Assembly (NCBI GenBank): GCA_965223905.1
Contig: CBDCXV010000002.1
Coordinates: 544,001-608,000 of the forward strand
Reading direction: 5' to 3'
DNA from: Candidatus Latescibacterota bacterium
GTDB taxonomy: Bacteria; Latescibacterota; UBA2968; UBA8231
DNA: 64,000 nt
Part shown: piece after piece, positions 50,023 through 58,444 of the stretch
Layout of the letters: each line of letters begins with the position of its first letter
How positions within the stretch are numbered: the first letter of the stretch is position 1
Made by a program: the position numbers and the translations under genes
Notes under the pieces: model-generated
What the model saw: the letters and a program-made list of their open reading frames with translations, nothing else
Database searches by the model: none
Told to the model about the DNA's origin: nothing

Positions 50023-50904
50023 GTGATACCATTGGTCAGCACCCTCTGTCAAGGCCCGCTGGGCGTGGCCCAGCTGCCGCGTCTCTGGTGGAAGAACCGT
50101 CTACACCAGGCCGGTCAGCTCGACCCCGGCTACCCATTCTGCAGCGGCGGCCTCGACAAGTACGTCCTCGAGGTGCTGTGCCTCGACCGGGACCGCACCC
50201 TGCAATTCCTGTGGGACCAGCGCCCTTCCTACCTGCAGTTCGAGGAGTGGGTGACTGCCGAAGGCACCTGCGATCCCGCCCGCATCGCGCGCTGGAACAA
50301 GGCCCTGGTGCAGCGCCCCCACCACATCCCGGAAAAGATCGACGAGACCTATGGGGACATAGGCTGGTCGCAGGAGGAGACGACCGAGGTATCGGCGGTG
50401 CTGCTCAACTGCCTGCAGGACTGGCAGCTGTTCCACCGCCAGGTCTTCGCTCCCGGCGCCGAGGGTCTGCCAGGGCCCGTTGCCCCGACCCTCAGCAGCA
50501 TCGACCGGGGGCCCCTGGGGATCTGCCAGCTTCCCCGCACCTGGCTCAAGACCTGTCTGCGCGCCAGGGGCCTGCTGCATCCCGACTATCCCGACTGCGC
50601 CGAGGGCAGCCTCGACCAGCGCTGCCTGCGGACCCTGCAGGTGGATGAGGACGCGGCCCTTGCGTTTCTCCGCGGGGAGATGCCGGCCTACCTCGCATTC
50701 GAGGACTGGGTCCGGCGGGAAGGTGTTGTCGAGGAAGGAGCTGTGGCGGCCTTCAACCGGCGCATGCTCGAGCGCGTGCACATCGAGGCCAAGCAGGCGG
50801 AAATCCACGCCACCTTGCAGCGGCCCCGGACGTGGACTTCAGGGGTGCTGCTCAACCACCTGGAGGACTGGCATTTCGCCCACCAGGGGTTGGAAGGGCT
50901 GTAG
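50023..50904 (+). CDS. Internally duplicated DUF5069-like protein
   Basis: Two halves, each GPLG..QLPR.W.K.....G.L...YP.C...LD...L..L.........P.YL.FE.WV and ending VLLN.L.DW..F/H. AAGGAG RBS. Confidence 0.65.
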   Translation: MIPLVSTLCQGPLGVAQLPRLWWKNRLHQAGQLDPGYPFCSGGLDKYVLEVLCLDRDRTLQFLWDQRPSYLQFEEWVTAEGTCDPARIARWNKALVQRPHHIPEKIDETYGDIGWSQEETTEVSAVLLNCLQDWQLFHRQVFAPGAEGLPGPVAPTLSSIDRGPLGICQLPRTWLKTCLRARGLLHPDYPDCAEGSLDQRCLRTLQVDEDAALAFLRGEMPAYLAFEDWVRREGVVEEGAVAAFNRRMLERVHIEAKQAEIHATLQRPRTWTSGVLLNHLEDWHFAHQGLEGL

Positions 50905-50924
50905 TTTCTTCAACTTTTTCAAAG

Positions 50925-51135
50925 ACACATCGTCGATCAAGGCACGGTAGATCCCGTCGGTCATTGCCCGGGCGAAACCGACGAGGCGGTCCCCTTCCCA
51001 GGCCCCCAGCGTGAGGGATGTTCCTTCCAGCATTCTCCGGACACCCTCGATGCTTCTCTGGTTCGCCCAGCCCGCCTGCCGGAGCAGGCCCATCAGCTGT
51101 TTCGGTTCGATCCTTCGGTCAAAAGAATAGCGCGA
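50925..51135 (-). pseudogene. GNAT acetyltransferase remnant
   Basis: L.QAGWA..RS......ML......GAW.GDRLVGFAR..TDG..RA.I.DV, truncated before the acetyl-CoA motif. Confidence 0.75.
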
Positions 51136-51177
51136 CAGATCCTTAGGTGTCTTCGTCGGTGATCGTCGGGTCGGTCG

Positions 51178-51280
51178 AGAGCCCATCTCCGGATCCCGTT
51201 GACGATCCCGGTTCTTTGGTCGAAGGAGATGCCTGAACGATCGTCGCGTCCATGATAGTACCCTCCCTGAGCAGCAAACC
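51178..51280 (-). mobile_element. IS5-family transposase remnant (frameshifted)
   Basis: GLLLREGTIMDATIVQASPST, then +1 frameshift, KNRDRQRDPEM. Matches the IS5 N2 region (DATII.APSSTKN....RDPEM). Confidence 0.8.
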
Positions 51281-51348
51281 CCGGTACGAGGGTCGGGACT
51301 CCCAGTGCATCCAGGGGATCGAGCTGGTGATCTGCTATGTGTGAGGTG

Positions 51349-51597
51349 TGTTGCAAAATGCGACTCGTGTTCCAAATTGCAACACATTCCCCGTCCTGCT
51401 TCTTATTCTTTTCTATAACTTATTGATAAACAAACAGTTGCAGTTTCTTCTGCCACAGGGCATTCGGTCTTCGGAGCGATGTACGTGTCGCATTCTGCAA
51501 CGCTTCCCCAAATCTTGCAAGGAGACTCACATACGATATAACTCTCGCATTTGCAATAAGTTAGTCCGCTTTCTAACAGATTGGCACAGGATTTGCA
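51349..51597 (+). promoter_or_regulatory. Sigma54 promoter cassette C (three enhancer-like sites plus -24/-12)
   Basis: TGTTGCAAAATGCGACT 51349, TGTTCCAAATTGCAACA 51368, TGTCGCATTCTGCAACG 51486. Consensus TGGCACAGGATTTGCA at 51582-51597. Confidence 0.8.
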
Positions 51598-51677
51598 GAC
51601 CGAGTCTTGATATGCAAGACTCTTCCCCCATCACTGCTGAACGATTGAGGAGAGGAAAGCACCATGGAAACGAAAAA

Positions 51678-52751
51678 ATGGAAACGAAAAAGATGATCAG
51701 CCTGACCCTGGCCGAGCTGCTCGTAGTGAGCTGGGCCTGGGGGGCCGTAGCTGCCGACTGTGAGGCCGCGGACTACCTGCCGCCGGCCGTGGGCAACTCG
51801 TGTACTTACAAAGATTCTGCCCATTCGGCCATTGGGGATACCAAGGCTGCCCGGGCGGGGCTAATTCTGGAGACGTACGCGGATTCAGTCGGTGACCTCG
51901 CCGAGCCGCCGCCGGCAGGGGTGATCCTGAAAGGCGGTCAGATCGACAGCAGCAGGGTGGAGGTGGGCGCCTTTGCGGTGGTGATCCATGGGCAAGGGGA
52001 GCGGCACCCGCTATCCGGGGAGTGGGAAAGGCTGGAGACCGCCCGTGGCTACATCCAGGCCATCAATGGGGAGACGTTGACCCTATCCCAGGGACGAGAC
52101 GGCAGGCTGAAACCCATGGCCCTGGAGCGCATTCAAACGCTGGTCCAGGTAGGGTCACTTTCCCGGAGAGCGACGGGGCGGCCGCAGAGAGTACGGTCGG
52201 ATGGGCTGCCACAGGCCCTGGCGGTGGTAGATACGCAACATGTAGAAAGCGGCGCGACGTTGGATAGTCTGGCGGAGAGCAAAGGAACAAGAACTGGTAA
52301 GCGGGTTGCTCTCAAGCTAATCACCGGACCTTTTTTTGGGATGCTGGGGGGCGTGATAGGTGGCTCAAGCTGCGGTAGGAATCAAGATTTCGACTGTTTG
52401 GGACCTGTATTCGGTTATCTGGCCGGAATGGCGATTGGCGTTTCTGCGGTTGACTACAGTGTGGTTGATCCACGATACGACCCCTCTATGCTGTCCTTCA
52501 TCGCGGACACAGGCGTGTCCCTGGGCGGCAGTGTAGTGGGATTAAGCAGTGCAGTGTTATTAATGGAAGGCTTTGGGTTGACGATGGCCAATCCAGAGGT
52601 GCTCTGGCCATCCCTCCTTGCCGGCCCTGTCGTCGGTGCGACGCTGGCGTCGGAATGGTGGCGCAGGTTCTGCGCAGCCCGCGGTTTCTCAATCGGCTTT
52701 GCACCGAACCCGAGGGGCAGCTTGTCCGCGGTCGCCACGCTGCACTTTTGA
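51678..52751 (+). CDS. Secreted/membrane hypothetical protein (glycine-zipper-like C-terminal half, terminal Phe); paralog of 63314->64000
   Basis: Signal peptide, DYLPPAVGNS.TY, VIL.GG.IDS..VEVGAF.V.IH. Gly-rich hydrophobic helices. Ends LSAVATLHF. Confidence 0.65.
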   Translation: METKKMISLTLAELLVVSWAWGAVAADCEAADYLPPAVGNSCTYKDSAHSAIGDTKAARAGLILETYADSVGDLAEPPPAGVILKGGQIDSSRVEVGAFAVVIHGQGERHPLSGEWERLETARGYIQAINGETLTLSQGRDGRLKPMALERIQTLVQVGSLSRRATGRPQRVRSDGLPQALAVVDTQHVESGATLDSLAESKGTRTGKRVALKLITGPFFGMLGGVIGGSSCGRNQDFDCLGPVFGYLAGMAIGVSAVDYSVVDPRYDPSMLSFIADTGVSLGGSVVGLSSAVLLMEGFGLTMANPEVLWPSLLAGPVVGATLASEWWRRFCAARGFSIGFAPNPRGSLSAVATLHF

Positions 52752-52840
52752 ACAGAGCGCCTGAAGACAGAATTCACTAAAAAAAGAAGGAGAGTCCACA
52801 TGGAGGCTGGAATTTCGGAACAGCTCTTGGCGTAACAATA

Positions 52841-53131
52841 GTAGACCCATACGGTAAATTTACCTACATTTACGCATTTGCAGGAAGTTGGATGGGATTT
52901 GAAGCGGGTGGTATACTGGCCACCATAGTACACAATACATTAGTGAATACATCTGAAACCTCAAAAGCAAAGATAGCACTCGGTTTCTATTTCGGCGTTC
53001 CGGCGATCATGGCTGCGCTTGCATCCGAAGGAACGCGCGGTTTCCATGAAGAGGCCCGCTTCTCCGTCGGTCTGACCCCGGACCGCGGGGAGGTATGTCG
53101 GCCGTTTCCACGCTGCGATTTTGGACGATGA
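52841..53131 (+). pseudogene. C-terminal remnant of a paralog of 51678-52751
   Basis: A.LASE..R....ARFSVGL.P.RG, then a frameshift into SAVSTLRF. No start or N-terminus. Confidence 0.6.
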
Positions 53132-53396
53132 CTCACTCCTGCATGAAGGAGGAAAAATGAGGCTCCTCTGGAGAATCTGTGGGTTGAGGAGGGGAGGCCT
53201 TGACGATGGGGATGGAGGAGGCCAGGTAGCACAGGCGCATCATCCCCCGGTATGTTGGGACAGTCCACCAAGACCGATCCCAACCTGTGGAGGGAATGAT
53301 GCGCCTGATCACGGTACTAAACCGGTGCACGACCTTCAAGAGGTTTGTGTTTGAGGGCAGTCACCCAGTGATCACCGGGTTTACTTACACAATCGG

Positions 53397-53513
53397 CTAA
53401 TGCACCCGTCCGGGAGTGGGGGACCACTGCCTCGCGTACCCCAGCGCGCACCGGTCATAGGCGTTCCCGACCAGGGCCCGGTAATCGGCCCCGGGGTCAG
53501 CGACGATTCTCAT
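53397..53513 (-). pseudogene. N-terminal remnant, methyltransferase-like, ending at a repeated 23-bp motif
   Basis: MRIVADPGADYRALV..AYDRCA.GY. The stop falls inside GGGTGCATTAG. Confidence 0.4.
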
Positions 53514-53633
53514 CGGAAAGGTCTTTTCTCCGGAAGTCGGGTTCGGGAATCTGGAACCGGCTCACGGACGAAGACGGTCCGCCTTCAAAGGGGCTTTGGC
53601 GCCTCGATGCGGTGATCCCCAATGCGTGAGGAC

Positions 53634-53882
53634 TGTCGCAAAATGGGACATTCGTTGAAAAATGCGACACATTCCCCGTCCCCTCTCCGAATATTCCCTG
53701 TAACTTGTTCAAAAACTTACAGTTGAAGTCTCCCCGCAACAGGGCATTCGGTCGTCGGGCGGGATGGGCGTGTCGCATTTTGAAACACTTCCCGAAATCT
53801 TGCCAGGAAACCCACATACGATATAACTCCCGCATATACCGTATGTTAGTCTGTTTTCAAACAAAATGGCACAGAATTTGCA
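53634..53882 (+). promoter_or_regulatory. Sigma54 promoter cassette D (diverged direct repeat of C)
   Basis: TGTCGCAAAATGGGACA 53634, CGTTGAAAAATGCGACA 53653, TGTCGCATTTTGAAACA 53771. TGGCACAGAATTTGCA at 53867-53882. Shared blocks ACACATTCCCCGTCC, CAGGGCATTCGGTC, CACATACGATATAACTC. Confidence 0.8.
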
Positions 53883-54332
53883 AACCGGATCTTAACAAGC
53901 AGGGAGGGTACAGCGCGCCCGAACCCGGTGATCTACGGATAGGAGAGGTGGGCGCCCATAGCAGAGATAAAGGGGGCAAGGGGGGATATTTTTGCTCCAA
54001 AACAAATTTAGGTATTGGTATTGACAAGGGCATATTGGCGGGGTTTCTTGTTCGGGCCAAGCGAAACCCTGCGCAGTTAGGCGCAATTACACTTAGGGCG
54101 CTGTGTGTAGCGAATGATGGAGTGGGTTTTGGCAGCGGCGAAGGCGCCCTGTGCTCGTGCACTTTCCCCGCGCTCATGCAAAAGGGCCCGAATCACGTAA
54201 GCGGTGGCGGTGTCTGGGCGCTTGTTTTGGCAACCAGAGGGTCATCTTGTGTGCGATGATATCAGTAGAGTAGTCCATAACTTGGGACGTGAAATTCAGA
54301 TGCTCGCCACGGTACCCATAGGAGATTACTCG

Positions 54333-54776
54333 ATGAAATGTCGTGGGATGAGATTGCCAATGTTCATGCTCGTTTTTTTGGTTAGCTATTCAGCCGTTGT
54401 GGCCGTCCATGAAATCGATGAGCCCGATTCTCTCCGGTTAGAACTCGATCCGCACGACTACGTCCCATTGGCGGTGGGTAATCGCTGGACGTACGAGCAT
54501 CACTATGCGAATGACACGTATCCCGGTACCGAGTCGGAATACCTGAAGGCCTTCGAGATACCGGGTTATCCGCATGGACGGGACAATCCCGTTCCGCCGG
54601 AATCCCTGACCCATGTAGAAAGGATGTTGACCATTGAAATCACTCATACTGAAATGATCGATGGCTTCGAGTACTATGTCTTTAGTGACGCGGATTATGC
54701 GTGGCCGCCCTTGCCCGAATTGGGACGAAGGGTTTCTGGTTTTTCGATGGGACGGGCAGGATGTTCCAGTGTATGA
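54333..54776 (+). CDS. Secreted hypothetical protein with DYxPLAVGNxWTY motif, probably 3'-truncated
   Basis: AGGAG RBS, signal peptide, HDYVPLAVGNRWTYEH. Confidence 0.6.
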   Translation: MKCRGMRLPMFMLVFLVSYSAVVAVHEIDEPDSLRLELDPHDYVPLAVGNRWTYEHHYANDTYPGTESEYLKAFEIPGYPHGRDNPVPPESLTHVERMLTIEITHTEMIDGFEYYVFSDADYAWPPLPELGRRVSGFSMGRAGCSSV

Positions 54777-54824
54777 CTTTAAATACAACTTGGCCAATTC
54801 AGGAATCGAAAAGTGATTTTTTCA

Positions 54825-56180
54825 GGCTCATCCGGTTTGAGAGTGGGCCCCCCCAAGATGTAGTGGTATCATAGGGCTGCCGTCCCTGTCCCACCCTCAT
54901 CGGGGAGTGCCGTCGTGGAAGACCTCAAGCAGTTCTATGCCCGTCTGTTGCGAATCGAGCGGCCCTGGATCGTCATCGAGGTGCGGTTTCCGGACCAGGA
55001 GCGAGTCGACGTCTACGTGGATCATGAGCGCGGGATCAAGCTGCGCTGCCCTCGGTGCGACGCCTGGTGTCCCGTCTACGACCACTGCCCCGAGCGGGAA
55101 TGGCGGCACCTGGACACGTGCGACGTGCCCACCTACGTCCATACCCGCCTGCCCCGGGTGCAGTGCAAGGTCCACGGCGTGCTGTCCATCGCCTCGGAGT
55201 GGGCCGAGCCCGGCTCGAATCTGACCCGGGCCCTGGAGGCCCACGTCATCGACTTGGCCAAGGAGGCCAGCCTGCAGGCGGTGAGCCGTCTCACCGGGCT
55301 CAGCTGGGACCGCTGTTGGGGGGTCCTGGGCCGCGCCGTCCGCCGGGGCCAGCGCCGCAAGGCGTGGAAGGTGCCGGCCCATCTCGGCGTCGACGAGAAG
55401 GCCTTCGCCAAACGTCATCAGTACATGACCCTGGTCTGTGACCTGGAGACCAAGAGCGTGGAATACGTGGCCGAGGGCCGCCGCTGGGAGAGCCTGGAGG
55501 AGTATTTCCTCCCCTTCGACGAGGAGGAGCTGGAGCGGATCGAGGCCATCTGTGTGGACATGCACGACCCCTACATCGCGGCCGTGCGAGCCTGGGTGCC
55601 CGACGCCCAGGACAAGATCGTGTTCGACAAGTTCCATGTCCTGCGTCTGATGAACGAGGCCGTCGACCGGGTGCGCCGCCAGGAGCACAAGAAGCTGCGG
55701 GCCCAGCACGACGAGGTGCTCAAGGGGACCAAGTATCTCTGGCTCTACCACCCCGACCACATCCCCGAGGCCCTGCTGCCCCGATTCGAGGAGCTGCGTC
55801 GCATGGACCTGCAGGTCAGCCGCGCCTGGGCCCTCAAGGAGAACTTGCGGCAACTGTGGACCTACCGCCGCGAGGGCTGGGCTCGTCGCTTCTTCCGACG
55901 CTGGTATTTCTGGGCCACCCATAGCCGGCTGCCGCCCGTGATCGCGGTGGCCCGCACCCTGAAGCGGCGGCTCGACAACATCCTGACCTACCTGCGACAC
56001 CGGATCACCAACGCCCTCAACGAGTCCCTGAACGCCCAAGTGGAGAAGGTCAAGCGCATGGCCCGCGGCTATCGCAACCGCGCCCACTTCCAAACCGCCA
56101 TCTACTTCCATTGCGGCGGACTCGACCTCTATCCACGCCCACAACATGTAGGGGCTACCCACAGTAATTCCCGATGAGCC
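54825..56180 (+). mobile_element. Complete ISL3-family insertion sequence (1356 bp)
   Basis: Imperfect terminal IRs GGCTCATC.GG...GTGGG at both ends. 8-bp direct repeat TTTTTTCA at 54817-54824 and 56181-56188. Confidence 0.95.
54915..56177 (+). CDS. ISL3 family transposase
   Basis: CP.C, R.WRHLD, PRV.C..HG, LGVDE, DM..PY, FDKFH, TNA..E.LN, ARGYRN. Confidence 0.96.
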   Translation: MEDLKQFYARLLRIERPWIVIEVRFPDQERVDVYVDHERGIKLRCPRCDAWCPVYDHCPEREWRHLDTCDVPTYVHTRLPRVQCKVHGVLSIASEWAEPGSNLTRALEAHVIDLAKEASLQAVSRLTGLSWDRCWGVLGRAVRRGQRRKAWKVPAHLGVDEKAFAKRHQYMTLVCDLETKSVEYVAEGRRWESLEEYFLPFDEEELERIEAICVDMHDPYIAAVRAWVPDAQDKIVFDKFHVLRLMNEAVDRVRRQEHKKLRAQHDEVLKGTKYLWLYHPDHIPEALLPRFEELRRMDLQVSRAWALKENLRQLWTYRREGWARRFFRRWYFWATHSRLPPVIAVARTLKRRLDNILTYLRHRITNALNESLNAQVEKVKRMARGYRNRAHFQTAIYFHCGGLDLYPRPQHVGATHSNSR

Positions 56181-56187
56181 TTTTTTC

Positions 56188-56320
56188 ATGACAGCGCGCG
56201 TTTTACTGGTAGCCGATCATTCGGTCATGCAGGAAGGGTTGCGGGTATTGCTCGGTCGTGAAGACGATATAAAAGTCGTCGGCGTGGCCGGGGACGGCCG
56301 CACCGCCGTCGAAATGGCCC
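56188..56320 (+). pseudogene. NarL-type response regulator N-terminal remnant
   Basis: RVLLVA-DH.VM.EGLR.LL....DI.VVG.A.DG..AVE.A, then unrelated sequence. Confidence 0.75.
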
Positions 56321-56874
56321 CTGATCATTTCGAAAGACAAAAAGCAGCATTTCGGAAGGCCAATATCAGACATTCGCCCACAGACTGGCTCCCGGCTGGT
56401 TGCTATCTTCTTGGGCGGCAGGTATCCCAGATTTTTCAGGGACGGTCGGCCGGGGGGTTCCGGCCGGCACATCCGGGTTTCATGGCCGGCTTAACCAGGG
56501 CGCCTGCAACCCATCTGGGCAAGTAATGCACCCTGGGACGTAGTCTTGGTCACTTTGGGGATACTACCCCTAGACATGCCGGCAATACTGCGGTGAACGA
56601 CGCGGTGGACCAGTTCAAGTACGACGACCTGCCGCACCTCTACACGCGTTTCAGGGACGGTCGCCTGATCCCGGTGCCGTCCAGCTAACGATGGAGGATT
56701 TCAAGCGCTTTTTCAGCGGCTTGCCCCCGGCGACCGCCTCGACCGAGACGATGCGCACGCGGCGGGGCCAGCGGCGCTGGCGTTCGGAGACGCCGTGGAC
56801 CTCGGCGAGAATGCGCTGAGAGAAAATATAATTTGTGCAAAAGCATAATATATTTTGGCAAATTCAAAGTGCAG

Positions 56875-56972
56875 TTATAGCGGGGTGACGCCGAGTTCGG
56901 CCCCGGCGCGGGCCAAGTTCTGGTGGCGGGCGGCGGCCTCGAAGAAGCGCAGGCTTTCGAGTGGGGGCAGGA
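56875..56972 (-). pseudogene. LysR (GcvA-like) HTH remnant
   Basis: LPPLESLRFFEAAARH.N..RA..ELGVT, then a stop. Confidence 0.75.
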
Positions 56973-57504
56973 GCAGCACGGCAGCGAAACTTCCGGAAGG
57001 GCTTGGGTAAATTGCGGCTATGTGATCGCACATTTTCGCGTGGGGGGGGCAAGCCGGTCTCTGGGGGGAAACCGGGAGAGAGGGCAAGTCCCCCGGCCGA
57101 CGCAACATCTATGGGCAAATATAATTTGTCAAACCCCCAGAAGCCAGGGATAGTTTAACTATGTCATAGGCATTGTTAAACTATCCCAAATTACACTTAT
57201 CGCAAATTACACCTTGCCTTTTTGGGGAAATCAGTTAGAATTAAACTTTAATCCGTGAAGCGGGGAGCCTGATTTTTTTTGCTTGTCGAGGGGAAACTAG
57301 GGGTTACAAAATCGGCTAATGCACCCTGTCGACCTACCGGATTCACGGACTACGAGGACGAACCAGACGATTCCGGCCAGCCCCCCGGTGCAGCTACGGT
57401 TTCTGCCACTGCAAGCCGCTCCTGGGGATTCGTCAAGGATTTGTTTTTAAATCGCTAAGCAACACCCCTCCCGATCATACTTTCATGCGAAAGGAGCCGC
57501 AGCC

Positions 57505-58416
57505 ATGAACCGCCGCATTTTTGCGCTCGTCCTGCTGTTGACCTGGCCCGCTGGCGGCCACGAACTGAATAACACGGTCTATCCGGCGTTTCAGTGGCCG
57601 TGGGGTGCAGATGAAATTCTGGTCGACGGCGTCATCGACGATTTGGCCATTGTTCCTTTGTTCGAATTTGGCCATTGGATTTCGTCTACGGAGCTTCGAA
57701 ATGAAGAAGGGGAAGCCCCCGACCCCAATTCTCTGTATTCCGAAATTCTCGTCCTCTGGGACGACTACACCAACAGGATATATCTGCTGGAATTTCGGTA
57801 TGACGACCATGTGTATCAGTCCAGCGACCTAGATGGCGACATCTTCCTCCTCAAGGCAGGTTTGAACCCCGAGGGTAGCGCGACCCAAGCCCATTTCATG
57901 GGCGTGAGACCGGACTCGATTTATTTGGCTCCGCTTCGAAATACCTGGCACGACGAGCCTCCCTATGTAGAAAAGGCTTTCTCGTCCATCGACAAAATGT
58001 GGCCTGGTACATTCCCGGAAGCGACGGTGTACGAGGATTGGCTGTACATCGAATCGAGCTGGACCCTGTGGGAAGAATTGGTCTATGGGGAGTCTGGCGA
58101 AGTGCAATCGGCGGTGGAGTTCGACCTGGAAGAAGGCCAGATCATCGGTCTCGCATGGGAGTATTGGGATCTCGACCGCTCGAAAGGCCCGGGCCCCGAA
58201 GTCTGGTACAGCGTCGACCATAGGCCCGGATTGACTCGCTTCGAAAATTGGGCCCTGTCCGCTTTTCTGCTGGAACCCGAGACCCCTGGGTTCTATGGTT
58301 GGGTTTACGGATTCCAGGATCCACCTAGCCTACCCGAAGACGACGGATCCGAGGATGATTCCGCGGTTGTTGCCCGCAGCTGGGGATCCCTCAAGGACCT
58401 GTTTCGGAATCGTTGA
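57505..58416 (+). CDS. Secreted acidic DOMON/CBM9-like protein with C-terminal WGSLK motif
   Basis: AAGGAG RBS, signal peptide, I.VDG..DD, WD....RIY....YDD, L.EGQIIG.....D.D. Tail SAVVARSWGSLK. Confidence 0.72.
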   Translation: MNRRIFALVLLLTWPAGGHELNNTVYPAFQWPWGADEILVDGVIDDLAIVPLFEFGHWISSTELRNEEGEAPDPNSLYSEILVLWDDYTNRIYLLEFRYDDHVYQSSDLDGDIFLLKAGLNPEGSATQAHFMGVRPDSIYLAPLRNTWHDEPPYVEKAFSSIDKMWPGTFPEATVYEDWLYIESSWTLWEELVYGESGEVQSAVEFDLEEGQIIGLAWEYWDLDRSKGPGPEVWYSVDHRPGLTRFENWALSAFLLEPETPGFYGWVYGFQDPPSLPEDDGSEDDSAVVARSWGSLKDLFRNR

Positions 58417-58444
58417 ACCCGCCCCTCCCGAAGAAAGGGATCTG

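Noticed and set aside
51348-54259. Similar 'proteins' at 51348-51677 and 53705-54259 (CRIL..FPKSC.ETHIRYNSRI)
   Set aside because: The similarity is explained by the duplicated sigma54 promoter cassette. Conserved blocks coincide with DNA sites.
57153-57181. attC-like GTTTAAC...GTTAAAC
   Set aside because: Only 29 bp, too short for attC, with no integrase or cassette array.
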